64,000 nucleotides of DNA. It comes from a virus. Below are positions 35,666 to 44,357 of the stretch, one piece after another. Position numbers and translations under genes: made by a program. The notes under the pieces were generated by a model. The model saw nothing but the letters and a program-made list of their open reading frames with translations. It was not told the DNA's origin and did not search any database. How positions within the stretch are numbered: position 1 is the first letter of the stretch; every line of letters starts with the position of its first letter. The stretch is from IMG/VR virus record IMGVR_UViG_3300031576_000013, positions 30,809 through 94,808 of that record; one strand, written 5' to 3'.

Positions 35666-36895
35666 GAAAGCAAGAGCACGTGGTCGAGGGCTGGTTGCGA
35701 GGTTGATGAGCAGCTCCCGTCCTTCAACCCCACGCGCGATGGCCTGAAGATCGTCTTCCGGACCAGCCCATCCTACCGAGGAACAGAACGCATCCCAGCG
35801 CACTTGGGCTTCGCGCTGCCGCACAACCGCCTGTCTCGGCGGGGTGATCCATTCCAGCACACGAATGCCCGCGAGTGCGGTGTCGAGACTCTTCAAGTTC
35901 AGCTTCAGTTTAACGGCCGGGGGCGTCTCCGGCGGGTTGTACCAGATCGAAGCCCGGTCCACGCGCACCTTCACCAACGCGCCGAACAGCGTCTCCAACC
36001 CTCGCGCGGCCTTCCGGATGTCGTACTCGAGTGTCGCGGGGCCGCCTGCACCCCGATCGACATAGTGTTCTCCGATTGGCAGAGTCAGAATCGCGTGCTT
36101 GATCGCTTCATCCCGCCAGCCAAGCAACATCGCCGAGTTGATGAATGCGAGGCAATATTCCGATCGCTGTCCCCTTGGAATCGGCACCGCGAACCGCGAT
36201 ACCAAACTTTCGCCGCTACGCCTTTCCACCATCGGGGAACCCAGAACAGGTAGCCCCCCTTCTGGGATCCCCGTCGAGGTTACTTCGCCGATATCGGGCC
36301 ACAGTTCGCGCACTTTCGCGTCGATCAGACTCGATGAATACTTCCGGCTTCCATCGAGCCACGCCAGATAGACCTCGCGAGGAGTATCCATTTTCCAGCA
36401 AACGGAACCTGGCAGGCGAAGAATCCGTGCGGGGTCGTGTACCGGGTCCGAATTCAGTGCGAGCTGCAAACGCCGCATACGCTCGCGGACTTCAGGTCCA
36501 GGTTCTTCAGGCTCGTTGAGGAGCCAATACAGGTGAAGTCCGCGCGAGGTTCTGACACAAGCGGATGCCGGGACGCCGGCTTTGGCCAACGCTTGGCAAG
36601 CGGGCCATGAGCCCTCCGGATCGTCTATGTCTGCAATGAAAGAGGAGTACGCTGCTACATCTTGATTGCGCCCGCGACATTCCTTACGCGGGTTGACGCC
36701 GAAGTAGATGTTGTAACGCTCCCTGTTTCTGCTTGCGGCCCATGATAGCGCGGGGGCAAGGTGATCCGGGCGTAAGGGGATCTTCAGAAATAGCGGTCGT
36801 AGCGCGTCGTCTTTCGTGATCGCACGGAATTCGCCCCAGCTTCCAGGAAGCGACCATAGTTCCTGGATGAGCGGAATTGTACTTTCAGCTAACAA
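35642..36895 (-). CDS. RepB-type primase (AEP superfamily)
   Basis: IYFGVNPR, ADID, TSRGLHLYW, DPARILRLPGS, RGQRSE. Confidence 0.85.
   Translation of the reverse strand: MLAESTIPLIQELWSLPGSWGEFRAITKDDALRPLFLKIPLRPDHLAPALSWAASRNRERYNIYFGVNPRKECRGRNQDVAAYSSFIADIDDPEGSWPACQALAKAGVPASACVRTSRGLHLYWLLNEPEEPGPEVRERMRRLQLALNSDPVHDPARILRLPGSVCWKMDTPREVYLAWLDGSRKYSSSLIDAKVRELWPDIGEVTSTGIPEGGLPVLGSPMVERRSGESLVSRFAVPIPRGQRSEYCLAFINSAMLLGWRDEAIKHAILTLPIGEHYVDRGAGGPATLEYDIRKAARGLETLFGALVKVRVDRASIWYNPPETPPAVKLKLNLKSLDTALAGIRVLEWITPPRQAVVRQREAQVRWDAFCSSVGWAGPEDDLQAIARGVEGRELLINLATSPRPRALAFLPLRASA
36233..36273. repeat. Inverted pair of the dispersed motif (1 mismatch each)
   Basis: CGGGGAACCCAGAAC-11 bp-CTTCTGGGATCCCCG in the primase linker. 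Confidence 0.85.
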
Positions 36896-36910
36896 GGACC
36901 GCCTCCTCGT

Positions 36911-39900
36911 TCACGAAACCTTCTCCCAGTTGCGAGCAATAGAAGCGTCGGCCAACAACCAAACGTGCCCTGCGGGGCCTTCGACTTTGTGCCGCATCTT
37001 CTCCTCGACCATCGACCTGATTGCCGGCGCATCCGACTCACGGCACTCGACGACGATCTGATCATGCACATTGAGGATAATATGCGCGTCGCTGTACTTG
37101 CGACGAAGTTCATCGTCAATTGCGAGCATTGACAGATTCTGGTAATCGCCTGCCGGAAATTGTATCGAATTTCCGGTGACGTACGTTCGCCCTGCGCGTC
37201 GTGCAACAAAATACCCGTTGGGAACCGATGGGCACCACAAACTTGCCTTCGCATTTTTGAAGTATCTGACGGTGTTTGGCATTAGCTGCGCTCGAGTGCG
37301 TTTGTACACGTGAACGTAATAAGCGCATCTGGATTTCGGTACGTTCGGCATTTTTTTGGATTTGAGTACGTACTTTCGAAAGTCGACCTTACGTATAGAG
37401 GCGGCTTCATTGCATAATATACAGAGTGTTTGGAACATATCTGCTTTTGCTTTTGTTCCGGCACAAAAGACAACAGCGCCACCGCACCTGGTACCGTCAC
37501 CATCTATCATTGTTTCTTTGAGCAGTCTCAATTGACTCGTCGTTAACCGCAGTAAAAAGTCGAATGTTAATATTCGATCCGGGAAGATTGTCCCTAACAT
37601 TCGCGCGGTTGGCCCAGTGAAGCGCCAGATTTTGTGAACCTTGTTTCTGTAACTTACGTACGCATTGACGAACGGACGCAAGCGGACAAATAACTCATCG
37701 ATGCGACCTGCTTTCTCCGGGTTAGCTTCTTCGCTTTGAAAAAGACTAATGTAGGTACGTCCTGAGTTCGGATGGCCGATGTAGCCATCTGTTAACGTCC
37801 ACGCAGCCAGCTCGACAAAGTCATCGCTGTACGTCTTTAACTCAGCACCAGGGTAGATACCGGTCCGGTGAATGCGATCATTACCCCAGTGCGATAATTC
37901 GGCCGATGTCTTGCAAACGCTACGCTCATACAACGTATCAACTAGCCAACGATGGTTGGGTGTCGTAACCGCTGACATTGTCTTAGTTTCGAAGCGGTAT
38001 AGTGGGCCTCTGTATTTCGGAAAACGATGGATTGCTGTTGGCTTTTGCCATTCGAGCGCGCCAGTAATGTGGTTCTTCGTTAGCAAGTAGTCGTCCGGCT
38101 TCAGGTTTGGACCAGCAACCCAACCTCTGAGTGTGAGAGCCTCTGTTTTGTCGTCAACGCAGTTGTTACTTGATAATGTTATCTCGACCGGCAATACCGC
38201 ATGGTAACGGCGGCGGCCAATTGGCGGCACTTCTTGGTAACCAAGACGATTCGTACGTTCCCACTCCTGTTCACAGAACATGCCAATCTCCGGGAACGCA
38301 CGGTCGAAATTTTTGCAGATTTCCTTGACGAAGCCGAGCGTTAAAGTTGCACGAATCGAAGCCGGCGTGTCCAGGTGCTCCATGATCTTCCCGTAGATCG
38401 TTTCGGCCTTCGCCCGGTAGTTCCGCGCGTAGACGCTGCGCTTAGTCAAAAAGCGGAGGTCGATCCACGCTTGACTTTTCTTCTCGAGCTTCGTGAATTG
38501 TTCGCCGAAGAAATCGGCGGCTGTCTCATTATGAACGTCGCGGCTCGGATCGTTGAAGATTTCGACCAGTTTCTTACAGCCGGCGCGGGCCGCCATGATG
38601 CGGTGTTCGATAGCTTTGGAATCGGCGCCCACGAGGACGCGCCCTTCACGTGTCTGAACGATGGCGCGAAGCATCTTGGGCCAGTTTTGAATCGACGGCT
38701 GTTCACTCGACCAACGCGAACCGACAGTCCCCGTGCTCTTCCAGTGAATATGGAGACGCCCATACTTATCCACGAGATCCGGCAATTTCGCGATAAAGGT
38801 CGAAACCAGCTTCGCGTTTTTGTCGAAATCGACCAAGGCTCGGATGACTTCGTTCCCGAGATGGGGAACCAAAGCAGCGGCGCTCGTAGAGGGTAAGGAC
38901 TTCTTAGTCGTGTAGACTTTTACGGGCAACGCGAGTCGCGCGTACAAAAGTTCGGATCGATGGCTCGGTTTACGGGGATCGAAATCTGGCCACGCCATCG
39001 TGCTCCGAACGAACGCGAGTGCGGCGTCGCGTTTCTGGATTAAACGCGCTTCGACTTCACGACGCTTGTCTTCGCCGATCGGAATTCCATATCTGCCCAT
39101 GCGCGCGGACAGTTCTGCGAGCTGAGTGTCCATCTGTGCGACGTGGCCTTGCTCGATCTCGGTCACTCGTTGCATGAGGATCGGCAACAGTTCTTGAGTC
39201 GCCAGCGCGTCGCGAGCGTTGTACGAAACGAGATTTGCGAGCGCGGCTTGTTTCTTCCTCTGCAACGCCTTGAAGTCGGCTTTCCAGGCCGCGATGTCGA
39301 GGAACTGGTGCGATACGAACCCGAGATTATGATCCTGTTCGGGATCTGTGATGTGGTGGAGCACGAGGTTGTCGTAATAGGCGCCGCCAAGTGGCATTCC
39401 ATACCGATACAGGACTTCGATATCATAAGCCATATTGTGGAAAATCTTCGGGTTCGGCCCTCCCATGACGGCCCGAGTCGCTTCCAGAAGGCGCCGTGTC
39501 TCGTTTTCGCCGATGGTCCCATCAGCGATGAACGACAACGCTTCGTTGGACGGCCAAAATGAAATCCCGACGGCATGTAAGCCGCAACTGTATTGGTCGA
39601 GGGCGTCCCGCTTGCCAACACCATAAGTCTCCGTGTCGATCGCGGCCGGCTTGCCTGCCTTGAAATTCTCCCAGATCCAATTCACGGCCCAATCGACCGA
39701 CACGTTCCCACCACCTGCCGGCAAGATCGTATAAATGCGCTCCGCGCGGTGCCAACCATCTTCCGCGATGCGCGCTGCGCGTTTCAAGTCTGTTACGACT
39801 ACTTCGTAATAGTGATTTGCTCCGCGCAACAGGAATGCCGGGTGCAAGGTCGGGATCAGAAGGGTCTTGGGGCTTGTCCAACCGCTCCCCTGTTCTGGGA

Positions 39901-39934
39901 TCTCGGATGCCGATACGGCTAACGCAGAGTTCAC
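36911..39934 (-). CDS. polA: Family A DNA polymerase with intein and an N-terminal segment matching the C-terminal part of UDG
   Basis: Exo motifs DTET, HNMAYD, YNARD; motif A DSKAIE, B R..TKRSVYARNY, C HDQ; N-terminal PTLHPAFLLR. Confidence 0.92.
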   Translation of the reverse strand: MNSALAVSASEIPEQGSGWTSPKTLLIPTLHPAFLLRGANHYYEVVVTDLKRAARIAEDGWHRAERIYTILPAGGGNVSVDWAVNWIWENFKAGKPAAIDTETYGVGKRDALDQYSCGLHAVGISFWPSNEALSFIADGTIGENETRRLLEATRAVMGGPNPKIFHNMAYDIEVLYRYGMPLGGAYYDNLVLHHITDPEQDHNLGFVSHQFLDIAAWKADFKALQRKKQAALANLVSYNARDALATQELLPILMQRVTEIEQGHVAQMDTQLAELSARMGRYGIPIGEDKRREVEARLIQKRDAALAFVRSTMAWPDFDPRKPSHRSELLYARLALPVKVYTTKKSLPSTSAAALVPHLGNEVIRALVDFDKNAKLVSTFIAKLPDLVDKYGRLHIHWKSTGTVGSRWSSEQPSIQNWPKMLRAIVQTREGRVLVGADSKAIEHRIMAARAGCKKLVEIFNDPSRDVHNETAADFFGEQFTKLEKKSQAWIDLRFLTKRSVYARNYRAKAETIYGKIMEHLDTPASIRATLTLGFVKEICKNFDRAFPEIGMFCEQEWERTNRLGYQEVPPIGRRRYHAVLPVEITLSSNNCVDDKTEALTLRGWVAGPNLKPDDYLLTKNHITGALEWQKPTAIHRFPKYRGPLYRFETKTMSAVTTPNHRWLVDTLYERSVCKTSAELSHWGNDRIHRTGIYPGAELKTYSDDFVELAAWTLTDGYIGHPNSGRTYISLFQSEEANPEKAGRIDELFVRLRPFVNAYVSYRNKVHKIWRFTGPTARMLGTIFPDRILTFDFLLRLTTSQLRLLKETMIDGDGTRCGGAVVFCAGTKAKADMFQTLCILCNEAASIRKVDFRKYVLKSKKMPNVPKSRCAYYVHVYKRTRAQLMPNTVRYFKNAKASLWCPSVPNGYFVARRAGRTYVTGNSIQFPAGDYQNLSMLAIDDELRRKYSDAHIILNVHDQIVVECRESDAPAIRSMVEEKMRHKVEGPAGHVWLLADASIARNWEKVS
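37169..38161 (-). mobile_element. Intein with LAGLIDADG endonuclease in DNA polymerase (331 aa)
   Basis: SNN/CVDDKTE...TPNHRW...LTDG...IDGDG...YVTGN/SIQ. Confidence 0.9.
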
Positions 39935-41514
39935 GACGCGGCCTTATCTTCTGTGATCGGTGCTATATCGATCTCGTGAATTGCGCCTCGACGTTCCATG
40001 ATCTTGGCGTTCGTGTCGTACAGAGAGCGCAATGCGACCGCGCCAAGGCCCACCACGACTCGCGGTTTGACAATCGCGAGTTCGTTGATCAAACGTGTAC
40101 GGCAATGTTGCGCAGATAGTTTGACGACTTGATCGGGGTTGAGTTGGACACCGTTATGGGTGAGCGTTCGGGGCTTGCAGTTGTGAACAATTCCAGCCAT
40201 CGTTACGAAATTACCCGTTTCTGCGACGTCTATGCAGTAGACGACTCCGTTTGGGCGTCTTGGTGTTGATTTAATGGTAGCTGCTCGATCCCAGTAGGTA
40301 GTCGGTGGCGTAGGTAAATACGCTTCTTTGTCAAATTTACCCCGTAGATTTGATGGCAATTTATAATCTAGATCAGGTGGGATAAATTTAGCGAGCGATT
40401 CTAAAAGTCGTTGAGTGCCGTTAGCCGTAAATGCTATGCGCCACCCGTGACCTTGACGTAAGTGACATTCAAAACCCTTATCGTTAACTAATTTGGACAG
40501 CCAAGCGACGTCGCTCTGGGAAAATGCGCATGTCGCGATTTCTGCAAGTGGGCGTCTGGTTTCCCTTAAACATGTGTACCCATCGTCGCAGAACCATACC
40601 GCGAGACCCAAAATGTCAAGATGATTTAAATATTGTTTGGCTGCATTCGATATTCCTTTGATGCCGTTGGGATAGAAAGCGGTGCGCATCGTTGCAATCC
40701 ATCGTGAAGCGTGAGTGGATACCCGTGTTTGATGCTGAATGTTGTTAACTCCAGGAGGCAGTTCGCTTATAGTGGGCATTAACGGACTAAGCGATTTAGC
40801 TTTCAATAGCGCATAAGACCGTTGATCATTCGCATGTGCAAACACCAAAGCCGATCTGTTCTTTGGGATGCAGGCGGCTCCTAACAAGGTACCAATAAAA
40901 ACTTGCAAACTACGTCCTTGTAAAGCGATTTGTCCGGTGGCGATTAGTTCACCATCAATGTCTCCAGCAGGAACCCATCCGTGAGGTGTCAAAAAAGGAT
41001 GGTCGACAGTGAAGCTTCCGGCCGAAATGCCTTTATCGCCAGCCAGTCGAGCGCTGCTAAAGTTTATCCGACACATTTCGCGCCCATTAAGATGGTTTCG
41101 ATACCATCCTGTGATCAAACTGGAACTAAGCGTGCCGTCTGATTTTAACGTCTTGACAGGTCCGCGAAGTTGTTTTGCTACAATTTCATTTATTCGACAT
41201 CTAGAGCCGTCACTCATACGAATTTGAGTCGTACCTTCGACACACAGAGCCGAATTCGATACCCATACTTCTGACCGAATGATCCCCGCGTCGGCCAGCA
41301 TCCGATTCAAATGCTGCCCCGCTGCGCCTACGAACGGCCGTAGTTCTTGCTCCTCGTTGTAGCCGGGGCCTTCGCCGATGATCGCGAGCTTCGCGCGAGG
41401 GTTTCCTTCGGGCGGTACAATCTTTGCGCCCTGTAAAGGACAGCCCGTGCAGTCGGGAATCGCAAGCAGCCCTCGATAAAATGGAAGGGCAACATCGTCA
41501 GGTGTGTCTTGCAC
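39931..41514 (-). CDS. Family 4-like uracil-DNA glycosylase, N-terminal part, with intein
   Basis: CTGCPL, IGEGPG..E...PFVGAAG, SNSAL/CKP, VVVGLGAVA; lacks the HPA motif. Confidence 0.88.
   Translation of the reverse strand: MQDTPDDVALPFYRGLLAIPDCTGCPLQGAKIVPPEGNPRAKLAIIGEGPGYNEEQELRPFVGAAGQHLNRMLADAGIIRSEVWVSNSALCVEGTTQIRMSDGSRCRINEIVAKQLRGPVKTLKSDGTLSSSLITGWYRNHLNGREMCRINFSSARLAGDKGISAGSFTVDHPFLTPHGWVPAGDIDGELIATGQIALQGRSLQVFIGTLLGAACIPKNRSALVFAHANDQRSYALLKAKSLSPLMPTISELPPGVNNIQHQTRVSTHASRWIATMRTAFYPNGIKGISNAAKQYLNHLDILGLAVWFCDDGYTCLRETRRPLAEIATCAFSQSDVAWLSKLVNDKGFECHLRQGHGWRIAFTANGTQRLLESLAKFIPPDLDYKLPSNLRGKFDKEAYLPTPPTTYWDRAATIKSTPRRPNGVVYCIDVAETGNFVTMAGIVHNCKPRTLTHNGVQLNPDQVVKLSAQHCRTRLINELAIVKPRVVVGLGAVALRSLYDTNAKIMERRGAIHEIDIAPITEDKAAS
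40180..41244 (-). mobile_element. Intein in UDG (355 aa)
   Basis: SAL/CVEGTT...TVDHPF...LLGAA...WFCDDG...IVHN/CKP. Confidence 0.9.
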
Positions 41515-41628
41515 AGTAAACCTATTCGTGCCGTCGCTCGAGCATCGACCCGAGACGCGCGCCTTTAAATACGCAGGCGACGGCCACCCCGATTACAAGC
41601 TCGGGGTCAGCTTGAGGTACTTCCTAGA

Positions 41629-42246
41629 CTACTTCGCGCCGAACGGCTTCGCGGGCGGTGGCGCAGGCGCCATCGGACCGGGAACACCGGGGTAAGCCCC
41701 CAGCCCGGCTACCGGCGGGGGTGCGAATCCCGGCAGGTAACCTGGCGGGTAAGCCCCCGGCGGGTAGCCTGGCGCATAACCGGCCGGATGCCCGAAACCG
41801 GCAGGTTGAGGCGCAACGAATGCGCCCGGCTTGGCGGCTGCGGAAGCGCCGTTCCCTTCAACGGCGTCTTCGCTTCCGACACGGTTCACGTTCTTGCCCT
41901 GGTAGTCTTCGACCGACAGACTCGCCGAGACCATACACCCGATCAGGTGTTCATCCTCGACGACGTTCCACTGTTCCTTGGGGATTCGACACGCGTTCAG
42001 CAAGCGGGCGATACGAAAGCCTGCTTGCTGCTGGAGCGAATAGGACGCGATGATCTTCTTCCCCGAGAACTCCTGTGACACCCCCGGACCGGTGACGATC
42101 TCGAATTCGACCGTCTCCTTCAACTCGCCCGAGCTTCTGGCAGCTTCCTGACGAGCACCCACGATTCGCAGAATGTAGCGCCCCGGCGGATAGACGGGGA
42201 ACTGTCGGTCTTCGATTTTCGAAAAGTCCACTGGAAAACGAGGCAT
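41629..42246 (-). CDS. DUF669-like single-stranded DNA-binding protein with Pro/Gly-rich tail
   Basis: PPGRY...EFEI..G...F.GKKI...EDYQG...NRV; follows the Sak4-like ATPase as in exo-Sak4-SSB modules. Confidence 0.75.
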   Translation of the reverse strand: MPRFPVDFSKIEDRQFPVYPPGRYILRIVGARQEAARSSGELKETVEFEIVTGPGVSQEFSGKKIIASYSLQQQAGFRIARLLNACRIPKEQWNVVEDEHLIGCMVSASLSVEDYQGKNVNRVGSEDAVEGNGASAAAKPGAFVAPQPAGFGHPAGYAPGYPPGAYPPGYLPGFAPPPVAGLGAYPGVPGPMAPAPPPAKPFGAK

Positions 42247-42293
42247 GGTTGATCTCCTTGCACGATGACTGTTGCATCTATAAGCGGAAAGCC

Positions 42294-44345
42294 TTATGCG
42301 ATTCCGCCCGGCGCAACGGGTAAGTTAGGCTGTTGGTGTTCCGAATTATTCTGTTGCGGTACTGGATTAATATAAGCTGCCGGATCTTCGCCAATGAACG
42401 GCCCGATACGGTGCGCAATAAAAGCGAAATGCGCCGGTATTGTGCCATCAGCAAAAGCAGCGCCGAATCTTCCTCCGGCCGGCGCCCCGTCAGCTGTCAC
42501 CGTTCGTAGCATGAACTGCGACACCAATTGACCTTGTTCCGTTCGTACCTGTTGCACGACCGATCTCATGATTAGATCGCACGAACCAGGCAATTTGGAA
42601 CTCGTGTTATGACAAACTATGCCATTCGCTACGAAGTTGTGCGTTCCAGGTATGGTTAGATCGAAAACCTCGCGTTCACCACCATCCCGAATTTGTTTGA
42701 TCGGAACGAACACGAATTCAGCAGATGCCTTAAGCATGAAAGTTATGTCTTCGTCGTAGGTTGCTAGTAAAGCCAACCTCTCAACGGTTCGCGTGTTCAT
42801 GTTTTGAACACCGGCGGTGTACGTTCGAAGTTCAAGCGTAGAACCGTCGAGCAGGCGCACCCGTTTTTGGGAGCGGTTCAACGCAGTGGTGAGTAGGCTT
42901 CGAGCCCACACCCGCTTGAGTCGTGCTGCTTGATGCGGCAAACTTTCTTTGCCTCGGTCAAGTGACTCTTTCGCCACTGCGATTTGTAGCCGGTCAGCCT
43001 TCATTTTGTTGTGTAAGAAGCCTATTTCTTTTGCGAAAATACGCAGCGCTCGGCCGCTAATAGACAAGCGCCAATAGGATTTGTCCCCGATAACTTTACG
43101 AAATAGCGACGCGTGGACGCCAAAGTTCCTTAGAACGGTTTGGACGTCGTACGCCATACTCTCAGACGCTGTGGACCATTCGATCTGCCCGACTGCTTTG
43201 TTGCAAAAGCCGTCGGTATCGAACAGGCCACGGATGAACATCGCAACGGATTCTCGGGGCGCGTTAAGGACGCTGGTCGGGAACACTTTACCAGCCGCTC
43301 GGCTGTATTTAACGCCGAGATCGGCGATGCGCGCCCGGATCTGTTTCGAGTAAATACCGTGAATATCGGCTAATTTGCCAGTCGTTTTCGGCTGATATCC
43401 AAAGTGCTTGTGAAAATATTCCTTGAAGGCTTGTACTACGCCGTCTTGGCGACGACAGAGTTTGATCGCGCGTTCTTGTGTTACAACACCGTCGCCTGTG
43501 ATCACTCCTAGAATATATGCGATCTCGGGATCTAGAGGCTGCGACCCCCACAAATTGGTAGCGCGGGGTAGAGCGACGTAGTCGCCTTTGTTCAAATTTC
43601 TTATTTCACGGAACTCAAGATCCCCGCTTTCGTTCATCACAAGGATGGGGTGCTCGGGCGTGCCGATCAACCGACTCTCGTCGACAAGTATAGCTTCAAG
43701 GGTTCGGCTCTTTCCCATTGGTAGATGGGCGGCAACAGCGCAGTTCTCGAAGCGATCTGTATCCCACGCAGTTATTTTGGCTCCTAACAGCGTCTTATCG
43801 GCCATTCGACGAAAACCGCAACTACTCGCAACGAGAGATTGCGCATCTAGACATTTTCCGTAGAGCATTGCTTTGTAGCCGACAACTTGGCCTTCCGGTC
43901 CTCTGTCCGATTCCTCCAGAGCGATCCAAACGACGTGCATCGGAACGTTGCGGAGGGTAGGTAGAAGCCACTTCTGCAAGTGCAAATCGAGCATACCCCA
44001 ATCACGCTGTCGCATCGGCCGCGTTCCATCTGTTGTCAGCTCCTGCAAAAAGATGTCGCTGTAATACGTGATGGAGTCGACTACGATCGTCCGCCAACCA
44101 TATCTGTCGCGATTTTTGGCGATGTAGTCAATTGCTTCCTTCATGTCTTGGCTACGGCCAATGGGTATTACGTCAGCGTTGCAGAAGCGAAGGGTGGTGT
44201 CGCCGCCTTCATTTCCGGCTGATAGAAACACCGGTTTCGGGAACGTGCTGGCCACCGTAGTCTTTCCGGAGCGCAGTGCTCCGTATATAAACGTGTGCAA
44301 AGGTTTGGGCGGCATCTGTTGTGAATTGATGACTTGAATTGCCAT
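42294..44345 (-). CDS. AAA_24/Sak4-like recombination ATPase with intein
   Basis: YGALRSGKTT, EGG, IVVDSIT, DWG, HVVWIA. Confidence 0.85.
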   Translation of the reverse strand: MAIQVINSQQMPPKPLHTFIYGALRSGKTTVASTFPKPVFLSAGNEGGDTTLRFCNADVIPIGRSQDMKEAIDYIAKNRDRYGWRTIVVDSITYYSDIFLQELTTDGTRPMRQRDWGMLDLHLQKWLLPTLRNVPMHVVWIALEESDRGPEGQVVGYKAMLYGKCLDAQSLVASSCGFRRMADKTLLGAKITAWDTDRFENCAVAAHLPMGKSRTLEAILVDESRLIGTPEHPILVMNESGDLEFREIRNLNKGDYVALPRATNLWGSQPLDPEIAYILGVITGDGVVTQERAIKLCRRQDGVVQAFKEYFHKHFGYQPKTTGKLADIHGIYSKQIRARIADLGVKYSRAAGKVFPTSVLNAPRESVAMFIRGLFDTDGFCNKAVGQIEWSTASESMAYDVQTVLRNFGVHASLFRKVIGDKSYWRLSISGRALRIFAKEIGFLHNKMKADRLQIAVAKESLDRGKESLPHQAARLKRVWARSLLTTALNRSQKRVRLLDGSTLELRTYTAGVQNMNTRTVERLALLATYDEDITFMLKASAEFVFVPIKQIRDGGEREVFDLTIPGTHNFVANGIVCHNTSSKLPGSCDLIMRSVVQQVRTEQGQLVSQFMLRTVTADGAPAGGRFGAAFADGTIPAHFAFIAHRIGPFIGEDPAAYINPVPQQNNSEHQQPNLPVAPGGIA
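42606..43853 (-). mobile_element. Intein with LAGLIDADG endonuclease in Sak4-like ATPase (416 aa)
   Basis: YGK/CLDAQS...TPEHP...LGVITGDG...GLFDTDG...VCHN/TSS. Confidence 0.92.
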
Positions 44346-44357
44346 TGTGATTTCCTC

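Noticed and set aside
39925-39960. Programmed frameshift joining UDG and Pol
   Set aside because: No slippery heptamer, and a stop in the Pol frame just upstream of the GTG; translational coupling is simpler.
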